A stretch of 20,873 nt of DNA from Candidatus Baldrarchaeum yapensis (lineage in GTDB: Archaea; Asgardarchaeota; Baldrarchaeia; Baldrarchaeales; Baldrarchaeaceae): assembly GCA_016840465.1 (NCBI GenBank), contig JAEOSH010000043.1, positions 1 through 20,873 of the forward strand, written 5' to 3'. Position numbers and translations under genes: made by a program. Under the pieces are notes generated by a model, which was given only the letters and a program-made list of their open reading frames with translations, made no database searches and was not told the DNA's origin. Each line of letters opens with the position of its first letter. Within the stretch, counting starts at the first letter, position 1. Of this stretch, positions 7,288 through 15,854 are shown piece after piece.

Positions 7288-8997
7288 TCACCCCGTCAGT
7301 ATCTTCAGGAGTTTTTCGGCATCAGGGCCCGATATCTCGAGATACACGGGGTCATCATCCTCGGTTCCCGTGACGCTGACGGAGATCGTCACCCATGGAG
7401 TCCTGACAAAGCAGTATCCGATTCTTTCGAATAATGGTTTCAGCGATTCGTAGATTCTCCTATCCGGCACTTTGGCGATTATCTTCGGTCCTAAGTTCCT
7501 CCACTCCTTGAATGTTATCCGCACCATCTCGCATGTTAGTTTGTGTATTTGCCGATCCACTCTATCCAGGAGCCTCTCCCTGTAGGGTATATCCACGTCA
7601 CTGCTGAGTTTCTCCCTTATTTTTGCGAGGTCGCTCACCTTACCTGCTGTTATCGCCTTCTCTATCTCCGTAACGAACTTCCTGTACTTAGGAGAGTTTA
7701 GTTGCTTCACCAGCGGTAAAATGTCCACCTTGACAACGATGTCGCTACGCGCCCACAGTTCGAGTTTCTGAATGTCTTCTTTCGTCCCCGTCCCGCGCTC
7801 AAACTTTTCTAGGATGTCATATGCTTCCATCCGCGCGATGAACCGGTCCTTCACCAACTTCATAATATGTCTCGTAAACTTGAGCGGGTCCCCATAAAAT
7901 GGATGCTCGCGGAGGTTCTTATCGGAATACTGCACACGATGCCATACTACAAATGGTGCAATCGCCTCCACAACCTCTATCGTCACCCTATCCAAGTTTA
8001 GAAGCCATGCCAATGCTTTCGCATATCTGCTGATGTCCTTCGCTGCTCTTACGCTCAATGGAGTCAGTATCTTGTTACAGGGACATTTATCCGTGTTGAA
8101 GTGGCAACCCTGACACAGCCCGGTGTCTGGTCTGAGAATTCGGGCGTTCTCCTTACTCACCCGTATGCATGCCTTGTATTCGGAAATTATGCTACTTATG
8201 AATCTGGCGGCCCTAGGGTCGAGTTCCATTCTCTCGACCATGCCCCATATCTGCATCAGTTCCTTCTCGGTCAGAATTGCGGGGATTTGGTAATATTCAT
8301 CGAAACCGTAAAGTTTCTCGTCTTGGGTTCCGAGGATCACCTGCATCTCGACAGAGGAGGGCATTGTCACGGGAACCGCGATGCCGAACCTGTCAAGGAA
8401 GGGCAACCCCATTTCAAAGGTTCCTACGTCCTGAGGGTTCAGCGTCGCGTACAGCACGAAGTTTTCGCAACGGTATACTTTGTCAAAGTACTTTACCTGT
8501 CCTTCCGCAAGCAAAGATAGGAGGATGTCTTGGGCGTATGGACTAAGTCTATTCACCTCGTCGACAATCTTCCAGAAGTCCGTAACGAATCTCCTCCACA
8601 CGACGTCCTCTACTCCCTCTTTTAGTAACTTTCCCGGCTTAAGAGTGGCGACCATCTTCTCCTCCGTTATGTACGGGTGCGCCCTTACGACCGCCTCCTC
8701 TATCTCCCTTAACGACTTTCCGGTAAGCATCCTCCCGAGAATCTTAACGAGGGTGGTTTTACCACCCCCATGTCCCCCATATAGCAGCATCGTCCCACGG
8801 GGGACCAGCGCGTTAATGACCGCGAGTGTGAGGATTAATGGCAATCGCTTGACGGAGTATCGGCCGCTTCGGCCGGACGGAACCTTCACTTCTAGGCGTT
8901 CGCCGTGAACAAATAGTCTATGCACTTCAACCGTGTTTATTACTTCCCAGACCTTTCGCCTGAGGCTGTCCTCGGAGGCGCGGGGCAACCCGCACAC
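7288..8997 (-). CDS. MoxR-like (helix-2-insert clade) AAA+ ATPase with N- and C-terminal extensions
   Basis: Walker A GGHGGGKTT, Walker B KIVDEVNR, sensor I ATLNP, Arg finger FLDRF, sensor II LSVRAAK, and lid end APFVVWHRV. Adjacent to a VWA gene, as is typical for MoxR. Confidence 0.9.
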   Translation of the reverse strand: MCGLPRASEDSLRRKVWEVINTVEVHRLFVHGERLEVKVPSGRSGRYSVKRLPLILTLAVINALVPRGTMLLYGGHGGGKTTLVKILGRMLTGKSLREIEEAVVRAHPYITEEKMVATLKPGKLLKEGVEDVVWRRFVTDFWKIVDEVNRLSPYAQDILLSLLAEGQVKYFDKVYRCENFVLYATLNPQDVGTFEMGLPFLDRFGIAVPVTMPSSVEMQVILGTQDEKLYGFDEYYQIPAILTEKELMQIWGMVERMELDPRAARFISSIISEYKACIRVSKENARILRPDTGLCQGCHFNTDKCPCNKILTPLSVRAAKDISRYAKALAWLLNLDRVTIEVVEAIAPFVVWHRVQYSDKNLREHPFYGDPLKFTRHIMKLVKDRFIARMEAYDILEKFERGTGTKEDIQKLELWARSDIVVKVDILPLVKQLNSPKYRKFVTEIEKAITAGKVSDLAKIREKLSSDVDIPYRERLLDRVDRQIHKLTCEMVRITFKEWRNLGPKIIAKVPDRRIYESLKPLFERIGYCFVRTPWVTISVSVTGTEDDDPVYLEISGPDAEKLLKILTG

Positions 8998-9044
8998 CCC
9001 CTCTTTCCCACAACTTTCTCACTTAAAATCACAGCGTTTGCGCC

Positions 9045-9054
9045 TTTTAAATAA
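9045..9054 (-). promoter_or_regulatory. Candidate TATA box for the MoxR-VWA-SMC operon
   Basis: TTATTTAAAA on the minus strand about 50 nt upstream of GTG 8997. Confidence 0.5.
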
Positions 9055-9232
9055 GTTCATGTATGCAAGATTGTTCCAAAGACTAGGAGCCTTGTCGGAG
9101 CTGTAAAACTTATTGGGAACGATATCTCGGCTCACGAGGAAAGAAAAGGACCCAGCCCTTACATTGCGAAAATGTCCATACCTATCGATAATATGGAGTG
9201 AAGATTTATGCCCTCATTCTTTCTTTAAAGCC

Positions 9233-9811
9233 TCACCGACCCTCCGGTATCATACCATTCGCCCTTAATTCCTCATACACTCTTCTCAAAAGTTCTCGAA
9301 TCTTCCGGCGCTTCTTCATGCCTCCCATCATCTGTGCAACCTTTCTGATGCTCCCTATTACCGAGATCATCTCGAGTATACGTCTTTCCTGTTTTGTCAG
9401 TTCCAGATGCTCCAGTGCAAGCCTCGCGATGTAGTCCACCGGAATCTTGCCATAGTATAGGCTCTCGGGGTCTATCCCCTCCCCGTACTTCTCGATCACG
9501 TCGAACTCTATTATCGTGACGTTAGACTCCGGCGATACGTTGCCGTAGTGGTACTTCAGGCTCTCTATGAGCTCGTCCCTGCTCTTGAACCCGTCCTTGT
9601 GCGCGTCCTCATCGGTGAGATCCTTCACCTTCTTGTGTTCAACTCTCCTTACCCGGGCCTTCGCTATTATTTTGCCGCCACAGTGGATGAAGACCTCATC
9701 TCCCTCGCTCAGCCGGCGTATGGTTCCCAGCCTTATGGTCGTGCACTTTTTCCCCTTCAGGACCTTCTCACGGTACTGCCGCTTTAGTTCTATGTACTTC
9801 ATCCCCAGCAC
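9233..9811 (-). CDS. ASCH (PUA-like) domain protein with C-terminal HTH-like region; likely start ATG 9802
   Basis: KVLKGKKCTTIRLG…GDEVFI…LTDEDAHKDGF is the ASCH GxKxxTxR pattern. The tail LTKQERRILEMISVIGSIRKVAQMMG is HTH-like. Confidence 0.85.
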   Translation of the reverse strand: MLGMKYIELKRQYREKVLKGKKCTTIRLGTIRRLSEGDEVFIHCGGKIIAKARVRRVEHKKVKDLTDEDAHKDGFKSRDELIESLKYHYGNVSPESNVTIIEFDVIEKYGEGIDPESLYYGKIPVDYIARLALEHLELTKQERRILEMISVIGSIRKVAQMMGGMKKRRKIRELLRRVYEELRANGMIPEGR

Positions 9812-9981
9812 CGTGGCTTATGTTGTCCTGAAAATCAGGGTACGGATACCTAATAAGTGTACCACTGAGTGAAGGATTTGCGAATCTATTTCTGTAGTAT
9901 CGGAGTCAGTTTAGCGGCGTTATGAGCAAAACTAAAGGGGAATTGCTAGCTATTGCTTAATGCAATAAGTGGCAAGAGTAG

Positions 9982-10389
9982 TTATCGAGTTGTTTGACCG
10001 ATTTCTAACTCTATGAGCTTTAATCCGTATCTTTTAAGCCGTTCAAAATGCTTCTTATTTCTTGCCCAGAGAAACGCGCCCCTCTGGATGGCCGTAGCGG
10101 CAATTATGGCGTCACGTGGATCCAGGGCCTCCCCCCGGTTCATCAGATCGGCCTCTATTTTTGCCGCGCAGTCGGCGGCCTCTATTGATATCGGCAAAAC
10201 CCCGAAGTATTTCTTGAGCAGATTCTTAAGGTAGCCTTGATCGGTCTTATACGCTCCCGTCATAAATTCGAAGTAAACCACAGCGCAGATCTTCAGATCG
10301 TACTTTTCCATGAGGCTAATAATTTTCTTAGGGTCGCCCTTCTCCAGCAGATCTATCAGCACGTCCGTATCTAGATGTACCTCGTTCAT
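9982..10389 (-). CDS. vapC: PIN-domain (VapC-family) toxin
   Basis: VHLDTDVLID, YFEFMTG, DPRDAIIAATA and RNKKHFER. Acidic PIN residues are present, though the usual 'T.D/N' position reads ARN. Confidence 0.9.
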   Translation of the reverse strand: MNEVHLDTDVLIDLLEKGDPKKIISLMEKYDLKICAVVYFEFMTGAYKTDQGYLKNLLKKYFGVLPISIEAADCAAKIEADLMNRGEALDPRDAIIAATAIQRGAFLWARNKKHFERLKRYGLKLIELEIGQTTR

Positions 10390-10613
10390 TTCATCCTCCT
10401 CATCTGCTCTACTACTTTACGTATTTCCTCCAGACAACCCTCCGCTCGTACCTTCTCCAGATCAGAAATCAACTCCAGAGCCTTCATTCTCCTCCAGTGG
10501 TTTAACAGGAACTCTATCACCTCATTGAAACTCTGAAGTCCAAGTTCATTTTTCAGATTCTCCAGCCTCTCGAGAAGCGCTCTGTGCAGAGTGATCGTTG
10601 TGTATTCCCTCAT
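10386..10613 (-). CDS. vapB: VapB-family RHH-type antitoxin
   Basis: 75 aa. YTTITLHRALLERLENLKNELGLQSFNEVIEFLL is the archaeal RHH antitoxin pattern, and it has an ATGA overlap with the PIN gene. Confidence 0.85.
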   Translation of the reverse strand: MREYTTITLHRALLERLENLKNELGLQSFNEVIEFLLNHWRRMKALELISDLEKVRAEGCLEEIRKVVEQMRRMK

Positions 10614-10770
10614 TCCGATCCGCCCCTATGAAATAGCATTTTCCAATATATCATATCAAGTATACATTAATGCATGAATACATTGTCATGAAATTTTGTT
10701 GCAGGGGCCCACGAATTAAATTGTACCAAGGTGCAATTGCATTATGGTGAGGATCTCAGAGGGATAGTAG

Positions 10771-11910
10771 ATGAAAATACTAGTTCTCGGTTGTGGGAAT
10801 ATAGGATCCGCGATTGTAATGGATCTTACGAGGTCGATACCAAGTGCGGAAGTTGCGGTTGCCGATAACGATCTGAGGAAAATCACTCGATTAGCTAATC
10901 GATTGAAGGGGAAAATCCGACATGTACTCATTGATGCATCGAATCAGGAGAAACTTACACGGCTGTTTTCGAAATTTGATGTGGTGGTCGGTGCACTCCC
11001 TGGGAGATTGGGGTTTAATGCAATGCATGCTGCCATAAACGCGGGAACAAATATGGTGGACGTGTCATATACGCCGGAAAATCCTCTATTGTTGAATGAA
11101 GATGCTTTAAACGCGGGAGTCACAATAGTGCCGGACTGCGGTTTTGCGCCGGGATTAACAAATCTGATAGTCGGATTCTGCAGCTGCATATTCGACCAAA
11201 TCGATACTGTGAAGATCTTCGTTGGGGGATTGCCTCAAAGGCCCGTACCTCCCCTCGGATATGTTATTACATGGTCAGTGGAGGACCTGATAGAGGAGTA
11301 TACGAGGGACGCGAGGATAATAGTGGACGGCGAGATAGTAAGGGTCAGGGCTTTAGATGGAATAGAAACCGTGGAAATTCCACATGTAGGTACCCTCGAG
11401 GCGTTTTACACGGATGGGCTGCGCACTCTCCTTTACACGATGAGAAACGTGAGAAACATGTACGAGAAGACATTAAGATTCCCGGGACACGCTGAGAAGA
11501 TAAAACTGCTGAGAGATCTCGGGTTCTTCGATGATGACAAAGTAGAGGTTGAAGGGGTGGAGATACCCATCAACGTCTTCACCGCGAGGGTTTTAGAGAG
11601 GAGGTTGAGGGTGTCCGAGGTCAGGGACATGGTTGTAATGAGGGTTGAGGTTCTGGGGTACCATCAAGGAACGAAGAGAGTCATGATCTTCGACCTAGTG
11701 GATCGATTTGATGAGCGAGAGGAGATCACGGCGATGGCACGTGTCACGGGATACATGGCATCGACGGTTACGAAGATTCTGGCATCCGGGGAAATAAAAC
11801 AAAAGGGAATTGTTCCACCCGAAATTCTTGGGAGGGATACGGCAATATTTAAGAAAATTATAGAGGATCTCGGAAAGAGGAGAATTGTCATAAGAATCTC
11901 GGAAAAATAA
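10771..11910 (+). CDS. Saccharopine dehydrogenase / L-lysine 6-dehydrogenase family oxidoreductase
   Basis: Rossmann KILVLGCGNIG, DCGFAPGLTN, VGGLPQRP..PLGY.ITWS…LIEEY, LEAFYTDGLRTL, TLRFPGH and MARVTGY. Confidence 0.88.
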   Translation: MKILVLGCGNIGSAIVMDLTRSIPSAEVAVADNDLRKITRLANRLKGKIRHVLIDASNQEKLTRLFSKFDVVVGALPGRLGFNAMHAAINAGTNMVDVSYTPENPLLLNEDALNAGVTIVPDCGFAPGLTNLIVGFCSCIFDQIDTVKIFVGGLPQRPVPPLGYVITWSVEDLIEEYTRDARIIVDGEIVRVRALDGIETVEIPHVGTLEAFYTDGLRTLLYTMRNVRNMYEKTLRFPGHAEKIKLLRDLGFFDDDKVEVEGVEIPINVFTARVLERRLRVSEVRDMVVMRVEVLGYHQGTKRVMIFDLVDRFDEREEITAMARVTGYMASTVTKILASGEIKQKGIVPPEILGRDTAIFKKIIEDLGKRRIVIRISEK

Positions 11911-11976
11911 GAATCATAATAAGAGTGATGGCATCGTTCGCCAAGAACAATTTTGGCGGTCCCGCAAAGGGCATGC

Positions 11977-11984
11977 TTTTATAT
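11977..11984 (+). promoter_or_regulatory. Candidate TATA box for PaREP1 gene 1
   Basis: TTTTATAT about 30 nt before ATG 12014, consistent with a short or leaderless mRNA. Confidence 0.45.
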
Positions 11985-12013
11985 TTTCCTTTTGCATATA
12001 ACGGGGATAAACC

Positions 12014-12481
12014 ATGCGTAGGATTGAGGTTTCCGAGGGAATTTATGAGATCCTTTTGGAAATCGCCAGAATAAGGGGCAAAAGTATAGAAGAGATCATT
12101 GTTGAATCCGTTATTGAAGACCTAGATCCCAGAACAAGGATCGAGGTATACTTAAAACTCCATGAGAAGTTTCTGCGAGAGGCGGAGGATTTCTACGCCA
12201 AGGGCGATCTTGTACAGGCTGGTGAGAAGTACTGGGGCGCTGCAACGGCCCTCATCAATGCAATTGGTGAGAAAAGGGGATGGAAACATTACAGCCACAG
12301 GGACTATGCCGAAATTATAGAAAGATTATCCGAGGAGTTAAAAGAACCGCTGGGAAGGCTCTTTGCAAGCGTTGAGAGATTACACGCGAATTATTACCAT
12401 AATTTCCTGACAAAAACGAACTTCGAAGCGCATAGGGAGGATGCGCTTAAACTCATCACGAAACTCAAAGAACTCGTATGA
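12014..12481 (+). CDS. PaREP1-family (HEPN-like) protein with N-terminal RHH-like segment
   Basis: FLREAEDFYAKGDLVQAGEKYWGAA…KHYSHRDY…ERLHANYYH is the PaREP1 pattern (QA.EK.w.A…LH.nfY). Confidence 0.88.
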   Translation: MRRIEVSEGIYEILLEIARIRGKSIEEIIVESVIEDLDPRTRIEVYLKLHEKFLREAEDFYAKGDLVQAGEKYWGAATALINAIGEKRGWKHYSHRDYAEIIERLSEELKEPLGRLFASVERLHANYYHNFLTKTNFEAHREDALKLITKLKELV

Positions 12482-12569
12482 TGCCTTAAAGATATTACCG
12501 GAGATCCCATCGTGGCAATCTTATTCGCAAAATAAAAGAAAAATTGAGAAGAACTTGGTATAGTTCGTC

Positions 12570-13568
12570 TTATAAAATGGATGGCCTGGTGCGGGCCATT
12601 CTCGAAGCCATTTCCTCCAGTGTATCTTTCTCCTTTGTCCTGACGGGCGCCACGAAAAGGTAATAGAGGCTTTCTCTCCGGCAGAGGGCAATTCCGTAAA
12701 GGTTTCCGTCTTTGCTTCTGAACCTTATGGCGTCACCGGCACCTCTTTTCTTCGTCTCTATGATCTCGAAGTCCATTTCACCGAAATCAGGGACTTTCAC
12801 ATCGTATTTCTCCTTCTTCTTAAATCTGAGAGCGTCGAGGGCAAAAGTTCTCGCAACCTTCTCTGCAACTCTTTCCCAAGCCCTAGGTGAGCCGTAGAGC
12901 TCCAGTGCCATGAACTCCCCGTTTATGAAGATGGCGGCACCAACCTGCCCCTCGACGCTCTTGAAGTTCCTAACGTATTCATCGACTTCATCGCTCTTTC
13001 GCTCGAACACGGCGGTTAGATCTGCAGTTGAGCTAGACACATCATATGATACAAGATAAGCACTTGCCATCGACCACACAGATCTCTGGGGAAGGAACTT
13101 TTCTTTGAGAGCAAGAGTCCTTAATAGCCGTGGCGCCGTATATTCCTTAGCGACCTTCATTTTCAATTCTCCTGAACCTCTGGAGATAGGGTGCCACCTT
13201 CCTGCCTCTATGCAGCGAACCTCTACGGTCATGGTAATGGGCTCTTCTTGGGTTGCGGGTATCAGGAAGGGCTCAAAGATCAGGCGGTTCTGGAGCCCCG
13301 CCTTTAGATTAACGAACGCGGGTATTAGGACATCAACATTTGCATTACTCGTTACGCTTACGGCCTCAACGCGAGCGCTAGGAAGCTCCTCCACCTTTAC
13401 TAGGCCCTGTTCCTCTGCATCGTCTATCAGGATAAATTCTGGCTCGTGCAACGCTCCCTTGGAGATTATCGGAATAATGGTGAGGTTCTTGTACGTTTGC
13501 GGCTCTCCGAACTCGTAAAACTCACCAAAGTTGTTTAAAATACTTTTGAGTACGGATACCTCCTGCAT
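12570..13568 (-). CDS. ARPP-1 / DUF6569-like protein
   Basis: GEPQTYKNLTIIPI, LKAGLQNR, VRCIEAGRWH, QRSVW and GQVGAAIFINGEFMALELYGSP match the family pattern (G.kQNR, sCVE.GRW, Q..VW). GGAGG RBS. Confidence 0.75.
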   Translation of the reverse strand: MQEVSVLKSILNNFGEFYEFGEPQTYKNLTIIPIISKGALHEPEFILIDDAEEQGLVKVEELPSARVEAVSVTSNANVDVLIPAFVNLKAGLQNRLIFEPFLIPATQEEPITMTVEVRCIEAGRWHPISRGSGELKMKVAKEYTAPRLLRTLALKEKFLPQRSVWSMASAYLVSYDVSSSTADLTAVFERKSDEVDEYVRNFKSVEGQVGAAIFINGEFMALELYGSPRAWERVAEKVARTFALDALRFKKKEKYDVKVPDFGEMDFEIIETKKRGAGDAIRFRSKDGNLYGIALCRRESLYYLFVAPVRTKEKDTLEEMASRMARTRPSIL

Positions 13569-13670
13569 TGCCCCATCCTCCCATTTTGCAACTACTTTCG
13601 TTATAGGAGAATGAGATGAAGTATTTAATATTTGAGTTTCGGGAAGTAATGATCCCGCCCGTATCTTCGT

Positions 13671-14234
13671 TTACGCTTGTTGCTTTGCCTCCATGTGGGC
13701 ACGTTCCTTTAATATCCCTAGGAGTTCTTTCACGTATTTCAGTCGCGCCCTGACCTGCTCCGGTTTAAGTCTCGCCTCATGGAATCCCTCGACGTGTAGG
13801 AAGTATGCATGGTCCCAGTCGTCGTATATTCTCTCATTAATTTTTTCACTTAGCTTCCTCGCGGCGGCATCGAGTAAAGACAATGTCCATCTTCCTCGCT
13901 CTTTAGCTTTATTTGCTTCTTCGAGTTTCTCGGCTACTGCGAGGGCCTTAATGGCTTCTTCAGCCACCTTATACAGCTTTTCACATGCCTGAACGGTGTC
14001 TTTATCGACGAGTTTCTCGCCCTCTTCGAGGTACTTTTCGGCGAGTTCGGCTCTGGCTCTGACCTCATCCGTGGGATCCATGTTGAGTTCATGTATGAGT
14101 ACATCGATTAGTTTGGCTTCTACGTCGACGCCTAGGTCTCTGAGACGTCTAGCAACGGTTTCGGGTAGCCTGATAACGACTTTATAGATCATATTCATCA
14201 CGAATGTTTTTTCGTCCGACACGTTACTTACCAT
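13671..14234 (-). CDS. PaREP1-family (HEPN-like) protein; likely start ATG 14192 or 14198
   Basis: AEKYLEEGEKLVDKDTVQACEKLYKVAEEAIKALA…GRWTLSLL…WDHAYFLHVEGFHEARL is a typical PaREP1 C-terminus. Confidence 0.88.
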   Translation of the reverse strand: MVSNVSDEKTFVMNMIYKVVIRLPETVARRLRDLGVDVEAKLIDVLIHELNMDPTDEVRARAELAEKYLEEGEKLVDKDTVQACEKLYKVAEEAIKALAVAEKLEEANKAKERGRWTLSLLDAAARKLSEKINERIYDDWDHAYFLHVEGFHEARLKPEQVRARLKYVKELLGILKERAHMEAKQQA

Positions 14235-14521
14235 GATGCAGCTTGCCCTATTTGATTTTTCGTTATTGCCGAACGTGAAATTAGGCGAGTTGATATAGTG
14301 TGCCGATGCTATATTATCTCAAGATTGGAAGATGGTAAAAGATGCTACTCTTTTCTTTTCAGGCGTATCTCGTGGGCGTTTAAACGATAACAGGAAAAAT
14401 TCTGCAGTTGGTTTTTCCGGCAGTATTGATAGTTTAAGTGACACTTCGCTTACGCCGAACATTAAATATAACTAGCCGAAAAGTCAAAGTAAGAAATACG
14501 TCTAAGTGCTGAAATTGCCGA

Positions 14522-14934
14522 TTGGTGTTAACCGTGCGCGCCGTAAAGGAGGTCAGGATAAGATTCAAAGGAAGAGAGACAGCATGCACGGCGCTTTTTG
14601 ACAGCGGACCCGGCATTACGGCAATTCAGCGTAATTTCTTCGAGAAGCACTTCGGGTCGGAATGGTCAACTCTTGACAGACCGCTGGTTCTTTTCTGGAT
14701 TAATGGGAATCCATAAGGGTTGACAAGTACGCCTCTCTCATAATAGTCATAGATGAAGTTGCAATCCCCGAGGTCGTTTTCGTAGTGGACAAGTTCGTCG
14801 GAGAAGTCGAGGTGGAAGGCAGGAAGATCAAGTTACCCGAAGTGATAATAGGATCCGGGACTATGGACAAGTATGGCATAGTTTTGGATCCAAAGGAGGG
14901 CGTTAGAATCACCGGTGCTGGACTTTTGCTCTAA
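14522..14934 (+). pseudogene. Retropepsin-like aspartyl protease with one frameshift
   Basis: Frame 1 has ALFDSG and stops at 14714-14716. The -1 frame from the GGG at 14705-14707 reads ESIRVDKY…EVIIGSGTMDKYGIVLDPKEG…LLL* to 14934. One added base gives a 137-aa protein with both retropepsin motifs. Confidence 0.8.
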
Positions 14935-15072
14935 GGGATTATCGAAGGTTGTTTGAGTACTAATATTGTTAGAAGTGAGGTTTTTGGTGAGAATCTGCTA
15001 CTTTAGTGACCATTTAGGGGATTATAAAAAATGTTGGGTGATTATGAAGTGGAAGTCCTAAGGGCCCAGCGT

Positions 15073-15678
15073 TTAAGTTTCGGGGACTAAGGAGGCCGTT
15101 GCAAAAACGCTTCCCGCAACTATTGCGAAAGGCGCTCCCAGTGGCGCTATCACTTTCGGCACATCAAATGCCACGTCTATGCAAAGAGCATACACTTTTC
15201 CTCTCTCAAGGGCTCCCGCCGCCTCTACGAGTATGTGAATGGTTAATGCCTGCCTGCAGGTTGCAACTACGGTTCCGTCCTCCAAGTGTACCGTTATATT
15301 TCTGCACACCAGGAGAATATGCTTTATCTCCGCTCCGGCGGGCAAGTATATGTTCCCCGCCACTTGAACGTAGGAGCCGTTTGCGTAAAGCTTAACCGTG
15401 ATTCCTATTCCTGTCTCGGTAACGGTTTCGTTTCCAGCACCCGCCAGTACGATCTTGTCTATTGTCATGCTGACGTACTCGTAATTTATTTCGAAGGGCG
15501 GCGTGAAGTTTCGTCTGGGCGGCGGATCCGCGATGTAGATGTTCAGCAGGGCAGAGTTGCTCACGTACGCACCAACTTTATGTACCTGTTGTAATACTGG
15601 TTCTGATATTTCTGGAACAGTAAATACTACAATTGCAACTACCAACAGCAATATGACGATAGCTACCGCCTTCTTCAA
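15073..15678 (-). CDS. Secreted or membrane-anchored beta-rich glycoprotein, DUF4382-like; likely start TTG 15678
   Basis: (M)KKAVAIVILLLVVAIVVF is a signal/anchor. LNIYIADPP resembles the DUF4382 'l.v.ltDaP' start. Four N-x-S/T sequons (NFT, NET, NGS, NIT). The longer 15828 start would leave only 26 bp before the divergent gene. Confidence 0.6.
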   Translation of the reverse strand: MKKAVAIVILLLVVAIVVFTVPEISEPVLQQVHKVGAYVSNSALLNIYIADPPPRRNFTPPFEINYEYVSMTIDKIVLAGAGNETVTETGIGITVKLYANGSYVQVAGNIYLPAGAEIKHILLVCRNITVHLEDGTVVATCRQALTIHILVEAAGALERGKVYALCIDVAFDVPKVIAPLGAPFAIVAGSVFATASLVPET

Positions 15679-15854
15679 CTTAAACACCGATTCTATATTC
15701 AGAGTACCGCAATATAAGCGTTTTTTACGGAAAATGTTGTTCCGAGAAGTGGATAATACCCCGTTGTTGGTATTGATATGCAAATACAGCACTATCATTG
15801 CGCAACCACTTAAATACGTATGAGACATTATCTCTCGGAAGTAGGGTGTAACGG

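Noticed and set aside
299-8908. Many plus-strand ORFs over the operon (e.g. 299-706, 678-1256, 3515-4213, 4232-4684, 6145-6768, 8480-8908)
   Set aside because: Ser/Leu/Phe-rich antisense shadows of Lys/Glu/Arg-rich genes, with no motifs of their own.
9951-9967. TATTGC-N5-GCAATA inverted repeat between vapC and the ASCH gene
   Set aside because: 6-bp arms in AT-rich intergenic DNA are near chance expectation, and there is no second copy.
11939-11958. CGCCAA-N8-TTGGCG hairpin after the dehydrogenase gene as a terminator
   Set aside because: Short stem with no following U-tract; archaeal termination does not generally need hairpins.
14332-14475. 47-codon plus-strand ORF (MVKDATLFF…) upstream of the DSG protease
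   Set aside because: No RBS or recognisable motif; it cannot be supported as an antitoxin-like partner.
15679-15828. N-terminal 50 codons of ORF 15073..15828
   Set aside because: They would bury the signal/anchor sequence and overlap the promoter region of the divergent radical SAM gene; TTG 15678 fits better.
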